Source of the DNA: an uncultured Clostridia bacterium
Lineage (GTDB): Bacteria > Bacillota > Clostridia > Christensenellales > UBA1242
Assembly (NCBI GenBank): GCA_944381195.1
Contig: CALWKH010000003.1
Span: forward strand, 1 to 33,812
Direction: 5' to 3'
DNA: 33,812 nucleotides
Below the pieces are notes generated by a model that saw nothing but the letters and a program-made list of their open reading frames with translations, did not search any database and was not told the DNA's origin. This document shows, one piece after another, positions 26,740 through 33,812 of this stretch. The translations under genes and the position numbers were made by a program. Positions within the stretch are counted from its first letter, which is position 1, and the number at the start of each line of letters is the position of its first letter.

Positions 26740-27138
26740 CTACCACACATAAGCCAGCACTTCGCCACCAACATTGTTGGCTCTTGCCTGCTTATCTGTC
26801 ATTATTCCTTTGCTTGTTGAAATGATTGCAATTCCAAGTCCACTTAAAACTTTTGGAAGTGTGTTTACACTTGCATAGATTCTAAGTCCTGGCTTTGAAA
26901 TTCTTTTAAGCCCTGAAATTACATAATTAGCAGAAGGAGATTCTTTTAAAGTTATGTGAATCATTTTTTCAACGCCTTCTCCAACAACTTCAAAATCTGT
27001 GATGTAACCTTCATCTTTAAGAATTTGAGCAATTGAAGTTTTTACCTTGCTAACTGGAACATCAACTGTTAGGTGTTTTGCACCAATTGCGTTTCTTATT
27101 CTTGTTAGCATATCTGAAATAACATCTGTAACTACCAT
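26740..27138 (-). CDS. rpsH: 30S ribosomal protein uS8
   Basis: [27 protein letters not shown]. Confidence 0.98.
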   Translation of the reverse strand: MVVTDVISDMLTRIRNAIGAKHLTVDVPVSKVKTSIAQILKDEGYITDFEVVGEGVEKMIHITLKESPSANYVISGLKRISKPGLRIYASVNTLPKVLSGLGIAIISTSKGIMTDKQARANNVGGEVLAYVW

Positions 27139-27147
27139 TTTATCCTC

Positions 27148-27333
27148 CTACCAACTAGCCTTTTTAACACCAGGGATTTCTCCACGGTAAGCCATTTCTC
27201 TAAAACAAATACGGCAAATTCCATATTTCTTTAGGACAGCGTGAGGTCTTCCACAAACTTTGCAACGAGTGTATTCACGGGTTGAAAACTTTTGTGGTTT
27301 TTGTTGTTTTAAAACTAATGCTTTTCTTGCCAT
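27148..27333 (-). CDS. rpsZ: 30S ribosomal protein uS14, Zn-binding type Z
   Basis: RCKVCGRPH...[15 protein letters not shown]. Confidence 0.97.
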   Translation of the reverse strand: MARKALVLKQQKPQKFSTREYTRCKVCGRPHAVLKKYGICRICFREMAYRGEIPGVKKASW

Positions 27334-27342
27334 ATTATCCTC

Positions 27343-27921
27343 CTACGCCTTCTTGAAAGGCATTCCAAGTTCTGTGAGCAATGCCTTTGCCTCATTGTCT
27401 GTTTTTGCTGTGGTTACGATACAAATATCAAAACCACGAACTTTCTCAATTTTATCATAGTCAATTTCAGGGAATATGAGTTGTTCTTTTACGCCCATTG
27501 CAAAATTGCCTTTTCCGTCAAACGACTTTGGAGAAATTCCACGGAAGTCGCGAACTCTTGGAAGAGCAATTGAAATCAAACGGTCCAAAAACTCCCACAT
27601 TGTGTTTCCACGCAAAGTAACCTTTGCTCCAATTTTCATTCCTTCACGAAGTTTAAAGTTTGCAACTGCTTTTTTTGCTGTTGTAACAAGTGGTCTTTGA
27701 CCTGTGATCAATGCAAGTTCATCAACTGCTTGATTAAAACTTTTTGAGTTGTCTTTTACATCTCCAAGCCCTGCATTAACAACAATTTTTTCAATTGCTG
27801 GAACTTCGTTGATGTTTTTATAGTTAAACTCTTTTTTAAGTGCAGGAACAACACTTTCCTTGTAGAAAACCTCTAGGCGAGTTTTGTTTCCTTTTGCTTC
27901 AACTTTGTTTTGTTTTTCCAC
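27343..27921 (-). CDS. rplE: 50S ribosomal protein uL5
   Basis: [26 protein letters not shown]; GTG start with ggagg RBS. Confidence 0.98.
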   Translation of the reverse strand: MEKQNKVEAKGNKTRLEVFYKESVVPALKKEFNYKNINEVPAIEKIVVNAGLGDVKDNSKSFNQAVDELALITGQRPLVTTAKKAVANFKLREGMKIGAKVTLRGNTMWEFLDRLISIALPRVRDFRGISPKSFDGKGNFAMGVKEQLIFPEIDYDKIEKVRGFDICIVTTAKTDNEAKALLTELGMPFKKA

Positions 27922-27936
27922 TTTTATTCCTCCAAA

Positions 27937-28461
27937 CTATTTACCTGTTGACTTTGCTTGAGGTGTTTTTCTTTTAGTAGTTGCTGTGTCGACCTTGGCT
28001 TTTTGTGCCACAGCGGTTTTCTTAACTGATTCTTTCTTTGCTCTCACTGGAGTTTTTTCAGTAACAGGTTCTGCCTTTGCTTCTTTTGCTGTTTCTTTTG
28101 CTGCCTTTTCCTTTGATGCTGGCTTATCTTTTACTCTCTTTTCTCCATCCATGAAAGCGCCACATTTTTTACAAGCACGGTGTTTAATGCCTTTTTCATC
28201 AAACTTTTGAGCAATTCTTGTTGCTTTGCCACAACTTGGGCAAATGATTTGCACATTGCTGATGTCAATTGGGGCTTCTTCTTTTTTGATTCCGCCCTTG
28301 TCGTTTTGTGAACGAGGCTTTCTGTGTTTGCTTACAATGTTGACATTTGCAACTGTAACACGGCCCTTGTGTCTGTTGCAAGCGGTTATCTTACCGGTTT
28401 TTCCTTTATCTTTTCCAGCAATCACCAAAACGGTATCGCCTTTCTTTAATTCTGTGTTCAT
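27937..28461 (-). CDS. rplX: 50S ribosomal protein uL24 with Lys/Ala-rich tail
   Basis: KKGDTVLVIAGKDKGKTG, EAPIDISNV, CPSC...CKKC. Confidence 0.96.
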   Translation of the reverse strand: MNTELKKGDTVLVIAGKDKGKTGKITACNRHKGRVTVANVNIVSKHRKPRSQNDKGGIKKEEAPIDISNVQIICPSCGKATRIAQKFDEKGIKHRACKKCGAFMDGEKRVKDKPASKEKAAKETAKEAKAEPVTEKTPVRAKKESVKKTAVAQKAKVDTATTKRKTPQAKSTGK

Positions 28462-28472
28462 ATTTTATCTCC

Positions 28473-28841
28473 TTATAGCACTTCGTTTGCAAGAGATACA
28501 ATCTTCATATATCCCTTGTCACGAAGTTCTCTTGCGATAGGGCCAAACACACGAGTTCCTTTTGGTTGTTTATCTTTGTCGATAATCACACAAGCATTAT
28601 CATCAAATCTAATGCTACTTCCATCTGGGCGACGAACACCACGAGATGAACGAACAATAACTGCCTTCACAACATCACCCTTCTTAACGCTTCCGCCAGG
28701 AATTGCTGATTTAACTGTTCCAACAATTATGTCGCCAATGTTTCCAAATTTTCTAAAAGAACCACCCAAAACACGAATGCACATTAAAACTTTTGCACCT
28801 GTGTTGTCGGCAACTTTTAGTTTTGATTGAGGCATTATCAT
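28473..28841 (-). CDS. rplN: 50S ribosomal protein uL14
   Basis: [27 protein letters not shown]. Confidence 0.98.
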   Translation of the reverse strand: MIMPQSKLKVADNTGAKVLMCIRVLGGSFRKFGNIGDIIVGTVKSAIPGGSVKKGDVVKAVIVRSSRGVRRPDGSSIRFDDNACVIIDKDKQPKGTRVFGPIARELRDKGYMKIVSLANEVL

Positions 28842-28859
28842 AATGTATTACTCCTTTGA

Positions 28860-29120
28860 TTACTTCGCTTTTTCAATTATTTTCACCAATCTGAAGTATT
28901 TGTCTTTAGAAAGGTGACGAGTTTCAGTGATTTCGACCTTATCACCAACATTGCACTCATTGTTTTCATCGTGAACTTTGAATTTTTTGGTTGTTTTTAC
29001 AATCTTTTTATATAAAGGGTGGCGAACATTGTCTGCAACTGCAACAACAATTGTTTTATCCATAGCGGTGCTAACCACTGTGCCCACTCTTGTCTTTCTG
29101 AGATTTCTTTGTGTTTCCAT
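28860..29120 (-). CDS. rpsQ: 30S ribosomal protein uS17
   Basis: [31 protein letters not shown]. Confidence 0.98.
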   Translation of the reverse strand: METQRNLRKTRVGTVVSTAMDKTIVVAVADNVRHPLYKKIVKTTKKFKVHDENNECNVGDKVEITETRHLSKDKYFRLVKIIEKAK

Positions 29121-29134
29121 TATTTCGCTCCCCC

Positions 29135-29341
29135 TTATTCAGCCTTTTTCTCTTTTAATTCTCGTTCTCTCAAAGTTGTTAGCACCCTTGCAATGTCTTT
29201 TTTAACGGTGTTTAACATCATTGGATTTGTAAGTTGTCCTGTTGCATGAGAGAAACGAAGGTTGAAATGTTCGGTTTTAAGTTCTTTGAGTTTGCTGACA
29301 AGTTCGTCATTGGTCATATCCTTAAATTCCTTGGACTTCAT
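29135..29341 (-). CDS. rpmC: 50S ribosomal protein uL29
   Basis: [21 protein letters not shown]. Confidence 0.96.
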   Translation of the reverse strand: MKSKEFKDMTNDELVSKLKELKTEHFNLRFSHATGQLTNPMMLNTVKKDIARVLTTLRERELKEKKAE

Positions 29342-29841
29342 TATTGTTCCCCTCCTTCTTGCTTGGTTTCAACTTTTGTTTCTGCTTCGGTTACCTTTTT
29401 GCCTGCAAGGCGAGCATCAACTTCTTTGTCAAGTGCTTCTTTTGTGTAGAACTTTGTCTTGATTGGAAGTTTGTGACTTGCAAGTCTCAGTGCTTCACGA
29501 GCAACAGCTTCCGAAACGCCCGCAATTTCAAACATAACTCGACCTGGTTTTACAACTGCAACCCAGCCTTCAAGGTTTCCCTTTCCTTTACCCATACGGG
29601 TTTCAAGAGGCTTTTTGGTGTATGATTTGTGTGGGAAAATCTTTATCCAAACTTTTCCAACACGGCTCATATATCTTGTCATTGCAACACGAGTTGCCTC
29701 AATTTGATTAGATTTAATCCAACCAGATTCAAGAGCAACAAGTCCATATTCACCATAAGAAATTCTGTTGCCACGAGTTTCTGCGCCCTTCATTCTTCCA
29801 CGTTGCATTTTTCTAAATTTAGTTTTCTTTGGCATTAACAT
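29341..29841 (-). CDS. rplP: 50S ribosomal protein uL16
   Basis: [25 protein letters not shown]. Confidence 0.98.
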   Translation of the reverse strand: MLMPKKTKFRKMQRGRMKGAETRGNRISYGEYGLVALESGWIKSNQIEATRVAMTRYMSRVGKVWIKIFPHKSYTKKPLETRMGKGKGNLEGWVAVVKPGRVMFEIAGVSEAVAREALRLASHKLPIKTKFYTKEALDKEVDARLAGKKVTEAETKVETKQEGGEQ

Positions 29842-30515
29842 TACTGCTCACCCCCTTGTTTTGAGGTTGATTTTTTGTCTAGGACTTCACCCTTGTAAAT
29901 CCAAACCTTAACACCAAGAACACCATAGGTTGTGTGTGCTTCAACAAAGCCATAGTCTATGTTTGCTCTTAATGTGTGAAGTGGAACTGAACCTTGTGCA
30001 AACTTTTCACTTCTTGCCATTTCTGCACCGTTGATTCTTCCATTTACCACAATTTTACAACCAAGAGCGCCAGTTTTCATTACCTTTTGAAGAGCCATTT
30101 TGATTGCTCTTTTAACAAGAACACGCTTTTCAATTTGGCTTGCAATGCTTTGTGCAACAACTGTTGCGTCAAGGTCTGGCACTTTGATTTCTTTTATGTT
30201 TATGGAAACTTGCTTTCCAGTAACAATTTTGTCTAGACTCTTTTTAAGAGCTTCAATTCCAGCACCCTTTTGACCAATAATAACTCCTGGTCTTGCGGTG
30301 AAAACATTAACAACAATTTTGCCATTAACACCCTGTGTTCTCTCGATAACAACGCGAGAAACAGATGCGTCTTTATATTGTTTTTTGATAAACTCACGAA
30401 TCTTGTTGTCTTCAACAAGGTTGTTTGCAAAGTCTTTCTTGTCTGCATACCAAGTTGCATCCCAAGGCTTAACAATGCCAACTCTTAATCCGTGAGGACT
30501 TACTTTTTGCCCCAT
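29841..30515 (-). CDS. rpsC: 30S ribosomal protein uS3
   Basis: [33 protein letters not shown]. Confidence 0.98.
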   Translation of the reverse strand: MGQKVSPHGLRVGIVKPWDATWYADKKDFANNLVEDNKIREFIKKQYKDASVSRVVIERTQGVNGKIVVNVFTARPGVIIGQKGAGIEALKKSLDKIVTGKQVSINIKEIKVPDLDATVVAQSIASQIEKRVLVKRAIKMALQKVMKTGALGCKIVVNGRINGAEMARSEKFAQGSVPLHTLRANIDYGFVEAHTTYGVLGVKVWIYKGEVLDKKSTSKQGGEQ

Positions 30516-30516
30516 A

Positions 30517-31122
30517 TTATTTCTCGCCTCCTTCTTGCGTTTTATCTTTCTTTGTTTTCACAGTTTTGTCTGCTGATTTTTTTGTTGTGGTTGTTGATGC
30601 CACTTTTTTTGTCTCTGTTTTTGCTGGTTTTGTTGTTTTTGTTGTTTTTGCTTCTGCCTTTTCTTCTTGTTTTACTTCTGCTTGTTTAACTTCGGCTTCT
30701 GCTTTTTTGGTTGCCTTTTTTACAGGCATATCATCATCTTTTTTCTCATCTAAGATGATTTTGATGTGACTTGTTCTTTTCTTAATTATGTCAGCACTTC
30801 CGTGTGAACGATACCAATATCTCTTCATTGTCATGCCTTCGTTTGCATAACATTCAGCAACATATAGGTCATTTTTGCTGAGGTTTTGGTTGTTCTCTGC
30901 ATTTGCACCAGCACTTTCAAGAACTTTAATGATTGCTTCGCTTGCACGCTTTTGAGTGTTTTGCAAAATTCCCAAAGCGGTGAAGTAATCTTTTCCACGA
31001 ATTAAGTCAAGCACAACACGAACTTTTGGTGGACTTATTCTAATGTATTTTGCAAGTGCTTGTGGACGATTGTCCTTTTCAGCAATGCGTTTTGCTGTTT
31101 TTTCTTTCATTCTCTTTGCCAT
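30517..31122 (-). CDS. rplV: 50S ribosomal protein uL22 with N- and C-terminal extensions
   Basis: YIRISPPKVRVVLDLIRG, SAGANAENN, KRTSHI. Confidence 0.96.
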   Translation of the reverse strand: MAKRMKEKTAKRIAEKDNRPQALAKYIRISPPKVRVVLDLIRGKDYFTALGILQNTQKRASEAIIKVLESAGANAENNQNLSKNDLYVAECYANEGMTMKRYWYRSHGSADIIKKRTSHIKIILDEKKDDDMPVKKATKKAEAEVKQAEVKQEEKAEAKTTKTTKPAKTETKKVASTTTTKKSADKTVKTKKDKTQEGGEK

Positions 31123-31135
31123 AACAACACCTCAC

Positions 31136-31417
31136 CTAGTTTGATTTTCCAGCAACTTTTGAGCCGGAGTGTCCTTTGAACAAACGAGTTGGAGCAAATT
31201 CTCCAAGTTTGTGTCCAACCATTTCAACTGAACAATAAACAGGAATGAATTTACGACCATTGTGAACCTGAACAGTGTGTCCAACAAAATCTGGATAGAT
31301 TGTTGAAGAACGAGACCAAGTTTTAACTGGCTTCTTTTCGTTTGCTTCATTCATTTTTTGAATTCTTGACATCAAACGCGCTTCTACATATGGCTTTTTC
31401 TTTAAACTTTTACTCAT
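31136..31417 (-). CDS. rpsS: 30S ribosomal protein uS19
   Basis: [22 protein letters not shown]. Confidence 0.98.
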   Translation of the reverse strand: MSKSLKKKPYVEARLMSRIQKMNEANEKKPVKTWSRSSTIYPDFVGHTVQVHNGRKFIPVYCSVEMVGHKLGEFAPTRLFKGHSGSKVAGKSN

Positions 31418-31426
31418 AATTTACTC

Positions 31427-32254
31427 CTAGTTTGCTCTCTTAATTATCATTCTACTGCTTGGCTTACGCTTGTTGCGTGTTTTCTTTCCAAGAGTTGGTT
31501 TACCCCAAGGTGTGCTAGGGCTTGGTCGACCGATTGGCGCTTTCGATTCACCACCACCATGTGGGTGGTCAACAGGGTTCATAACACTACCACGAACGGT
31601 TGGTCTTATGCCCTTGTAACGATTGATTCCCGCCTTTCCAATTTTTACAAGTTCGTGGTCAATATTGCCCACTTGTCCGATTGTTGCACGACATTTTGAT
31701 GAAACCATGCGCATTTCCCCACTTGGAAGTTCGATGGTTGCATGAGTTCCTTCTTTTGCAACAAGTCTTGCAGAATTTCCTGCACTGCGAACCATTTGTC
31801 CGCCTTTTCCTGGTTGAAATTCAATGTTGTGAATAACAGTTCCAACTGGCATATCTGCCATTGCCATTGCGTTTCCAACTTTGATTTCACTTCCTGCGCC
31901 ACTTTGAACAATTTGACCAACTGTTAAGCCAAGTGGTGCAAGAATGTATCTCTTTTCACCGTCAGCATAGTGCAAAAGCGCTATGTATGCACTGCGGTTT
32001 GGGTCATATTCAATGCTTGCAACTTTTGCTGGAACACCATCTTTGTTTCTTTTGAAGTCAATCACACGATATTTTCTTCTAACTCCGCCACCTTGATGAC
32101 GAACAGTGATTCTGCCTTGATTGTTGCGCCCAGCCTTGCTGTTAACTGTTCTAAGAAGGCTTGCTTCTGGCTTATCTGTTGTGATTTCTTCAAATGTTGG
32201 TCTAACCATATGACGCATAGAAGGTGTGATTGGTCTATATCTTTTAACTGCCAT
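31427..32254 (-). CDS. rplB: 50S ribosomal protein uL2
   Basis: [36 protein letters not shown]. Confidence 0.99.
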   Translation of the reverse strand: MAVKRYRPITPSMRHMVRPTFEEITTDKPEASLLRTVNSKAGRNNQGRITVRHQGGGVRRKYRVIDFKRNKDGVPAKVASIEYDPNRSAYIALLHYADGEKRYILAPLGLTVGQIVQSGAGSEIKVGNAMAMADMPVGTVIHNIEFQPGKGGQMVRSAGNSARLVAKEGTHATIELPSGEMRMVSSKCRATIGQVGNIDHELVKIGKAGINRYKGIRPTVRGSVMNPVDHPHGGGESKAPIGRPSPSTPWGKPTLGKKTRNKRKPSSRMIIKRAN

Positions 32255-32265
32255 TTTTATACCTC

Positions 32266-32559
32266 CTATGATAAGCTCTCAAAGAATGCTATTGGCTTGC
32301 TGTCTTTCTTTAAGGTTACAATTGCCTTTTTGATTGAACTTGTATAGCCACTAACTCTTCCGTGACGCTTTTTTGGTTTTTTTGCTGTGATTGAAGTGTT
32401 TACGCTGTCAACTTGAACGCCAAACATTTCTTCAACTGCGAGTTTGATTTGTTCTTTTGTGGAGTTCTTGTCCACTACGAACCAATATTTTTTTGCTTTT
32501 ATATCAGAGTATGCTTTTTCTGATAATAAAGGTTTTATGATAATTCTATTTGCTTCCAT
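32266..32559 (-). CDS. rplW: 50S ribosomal protein uL23
   Basis: [27 protein letters not shown]; overlaps rplD end. Confidence 0.96.
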   Translation of the reverse strand: MEANRIIIKPLLSEKAYSDIKAKKYWFVVDKNSTKEQIKLAVEEMFGVQVDSVNTSITAKKPKKRHGRVSGYTSSIKKAIVTLKKDSKPIAFFESLS

Positions 32560-33184
32560 CAGTATAAGCCTCCTCTAATTTTTTGATTGCGTTTTCCGTG
32601 AACAAAATTCTGTTATTAGCCACAACTTCATATGTGTTAAGAAGGTCATAGTTCACAACGCTTACCTTTGGCAAGTTTCTGCAAGCAAGCATAACATTTT
32701 CGTTTGGCTCATCAAGAACAACAAGAACGCTTTTGTCAAACTTGAATGCTTCAAGAACTTTTACCATTTGTTTTGTTTTGTTTGTTTTGAATGTGAATTT
32801 ATCAACAACTGTGATTTCTTTTTGTGCAAGTTTTTCACTCAAAGCACTGCAAAATGCAATTCTCTTTGCTGTTTTGTTGACCTTTTGTGAAAAGTCGCGT
32901 GGTTTAAGAGCGAATGCCATTCCACCTTTTATCCATTGTGGACCACGACGGCTTCCTTGTCTTGCACGACCAGTGTGTTTTTGTCTCCAAGGCTTTCTTG
33001 CTCTTCCTCGAACTTCACCTCGGTTAAGTGTGCTTTTTGTTCCTTGTCTTTGGTTTGCAAGGTATGCAACCACCACTTGATGAATAAGTGCTTCGTTATA
33101 AGGAGCCTTGAAAACAGCATCACTTAATTTAATCGAGCCAACTTCTTGGGCTTTCATATCATAAACTTTTGTTGTTACAGACAT
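32546..33184 (-). CDS. rplD: 50S ribosomal protein uL4
   Basis: ANQRQGT, KPWRQKHTGRARQGS, RNLP. Confidence 0.97.
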   Translation of the reverse strand: MSVTTKVYDMKAQEVGSIKLSDAVFKAPYNEALIHQVVVAYLANQRQGTKSTLNRGEVRGRARKPWRQKHTGRARQGSRRGPQWIKGGMAFALKPRDFSQKVNKTAKRIAFCSALSEKLAQKEITVVDKFTFKTNKTKQMVKVLEAFKFDKSVLVVLDEPNENVMLACRNLPKVSVVNYDLLNTYEVVANNRILFTENAIKKLEEAYTDGSK

Positions 33185-33201
33185 TTTCTTTCTCCTTATT
33201 A

Positions 33202-33810
33202 TTATCTGGCTTTAACTGCATTTCTCAGCATAACCACACCATTGCGTGGACCTGGAATTGCGCCCTTAACCAAAATTAGATTTCTTTCGCCATCAACCCT
33301 TACGACCTCAAGGTTTTGAATGGTAACCTGTGTTCCACCATAGCGTCCGGCCATCTTTTTGCCTTTGAAAACTTTTCCAATTCCTGGACCACTTCCAAGA
33401 GATTGGTGGCGGTGAATTTTATATCCACCGTGAGTGTTGTCTTGATGCTTCATGTTCCAACGGTAAAGTGAACCTGTAAATCCTCTTCCGCGAGAGTCAG
33501 CAATTGCATCAACCTTGTCTCCGTCTTTGAAAATATCACACTTTATCTCTTGTCCAACAGCGAAAGCTGATATGTCATCAAAGCGGAATTCCTTGAGTAT
33601 TCTCTTTGGGGCAACTCCTGCCTTTTTGAACACTCCCTGTCTTGGCTTATTTACCAAGTTTTCTCTTATCTCTCCATAAGCAACAACAAGTGCGTTGTAA
33701 CCGTCGTTGTCTTCATTTTTAATTTGAACAACAACATTTGGGTTTGCCTCTACAACAGTTACAGGAATAACCAAACCTTTTGGTGAGAAAACCTGTGTCA
33801 TACCAAGTTT
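33202..33810 (-). CDS. rplC: 50S ribosomal protein uL3 (5' end outside window)
   Basis: KLGMTQVF, IPVTVVE, DGYNA, VFKGKKMAG, VKGAIPG. Confidence 0.97.
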   Translation of the reverse strand, partial: KLGMTQVFSPKGLVIPVTVVEANPNVVVQIKNEDNDGYNALVVAYGEIRENLVNKPRQGVFKKAGVAPKRILKEFRFDDISAFAVGQEIKCDIFKDGDKVDAIADSRGRGFTGSLYRWNMKHQDNTHGGYKIHRHQSLGSGPGIGKVFKGKKMAGRYGGTQVTIQNLEVVRVDGERNLILVKGAIPGPRNGVVMLRNAVKAR

Positions 33811-33812
33811 TT

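Noticed and set aside
17893-33127. Numerous antisense and alternate-frame ORFs over the ribosomal operon
   Set aside because: Shadows of highly conserved genes with biased codon usage; no independent signals or motifs

Overview
AT-rich chromosomal window from a spore-forming Clostridia-type Bacillota (inferred from spoIVFB, minD/minE, the DnaD/DnaC pair and Zn-ribbon uL24/uS14/bL36). The right half (17.9-33.8 kb, minus strand) is the S10-spc-alpha ribosomal superoperon from a 5'-truncated rplC to rplQ, including secY, adk, map, a KOW protein, infA, rpmJ (missed by the ORF track) and rpoA. The left half holds an M1 peptidase lipoprotein, DnaD- and DnaC-like primosome genes, a DivIVA-like gene, lgt, a membrane hypothetical, a DUF4132-like protein, spoIVFB-minE-minD, a HEPN-like hypothetical, tRNA-Lys(CUU), pgi, alr and sodC. 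I see no CRISPR array, intact mobile element or clear new multi-gene system. The best leads are: a GC-rich four-way-junction element amid ~75-bp degenerate repeats (218-295); two apparently related structured-RNA candidates flanking pgi/alr; an adenylate kinase with a remodelled NMP-binding site; ribosomal proteins with charged extensions and divergent PTC/tunnel loops; and relics of dnaE and an IS3-like end. All family calls come from reading motifs by eye, not from database searches.
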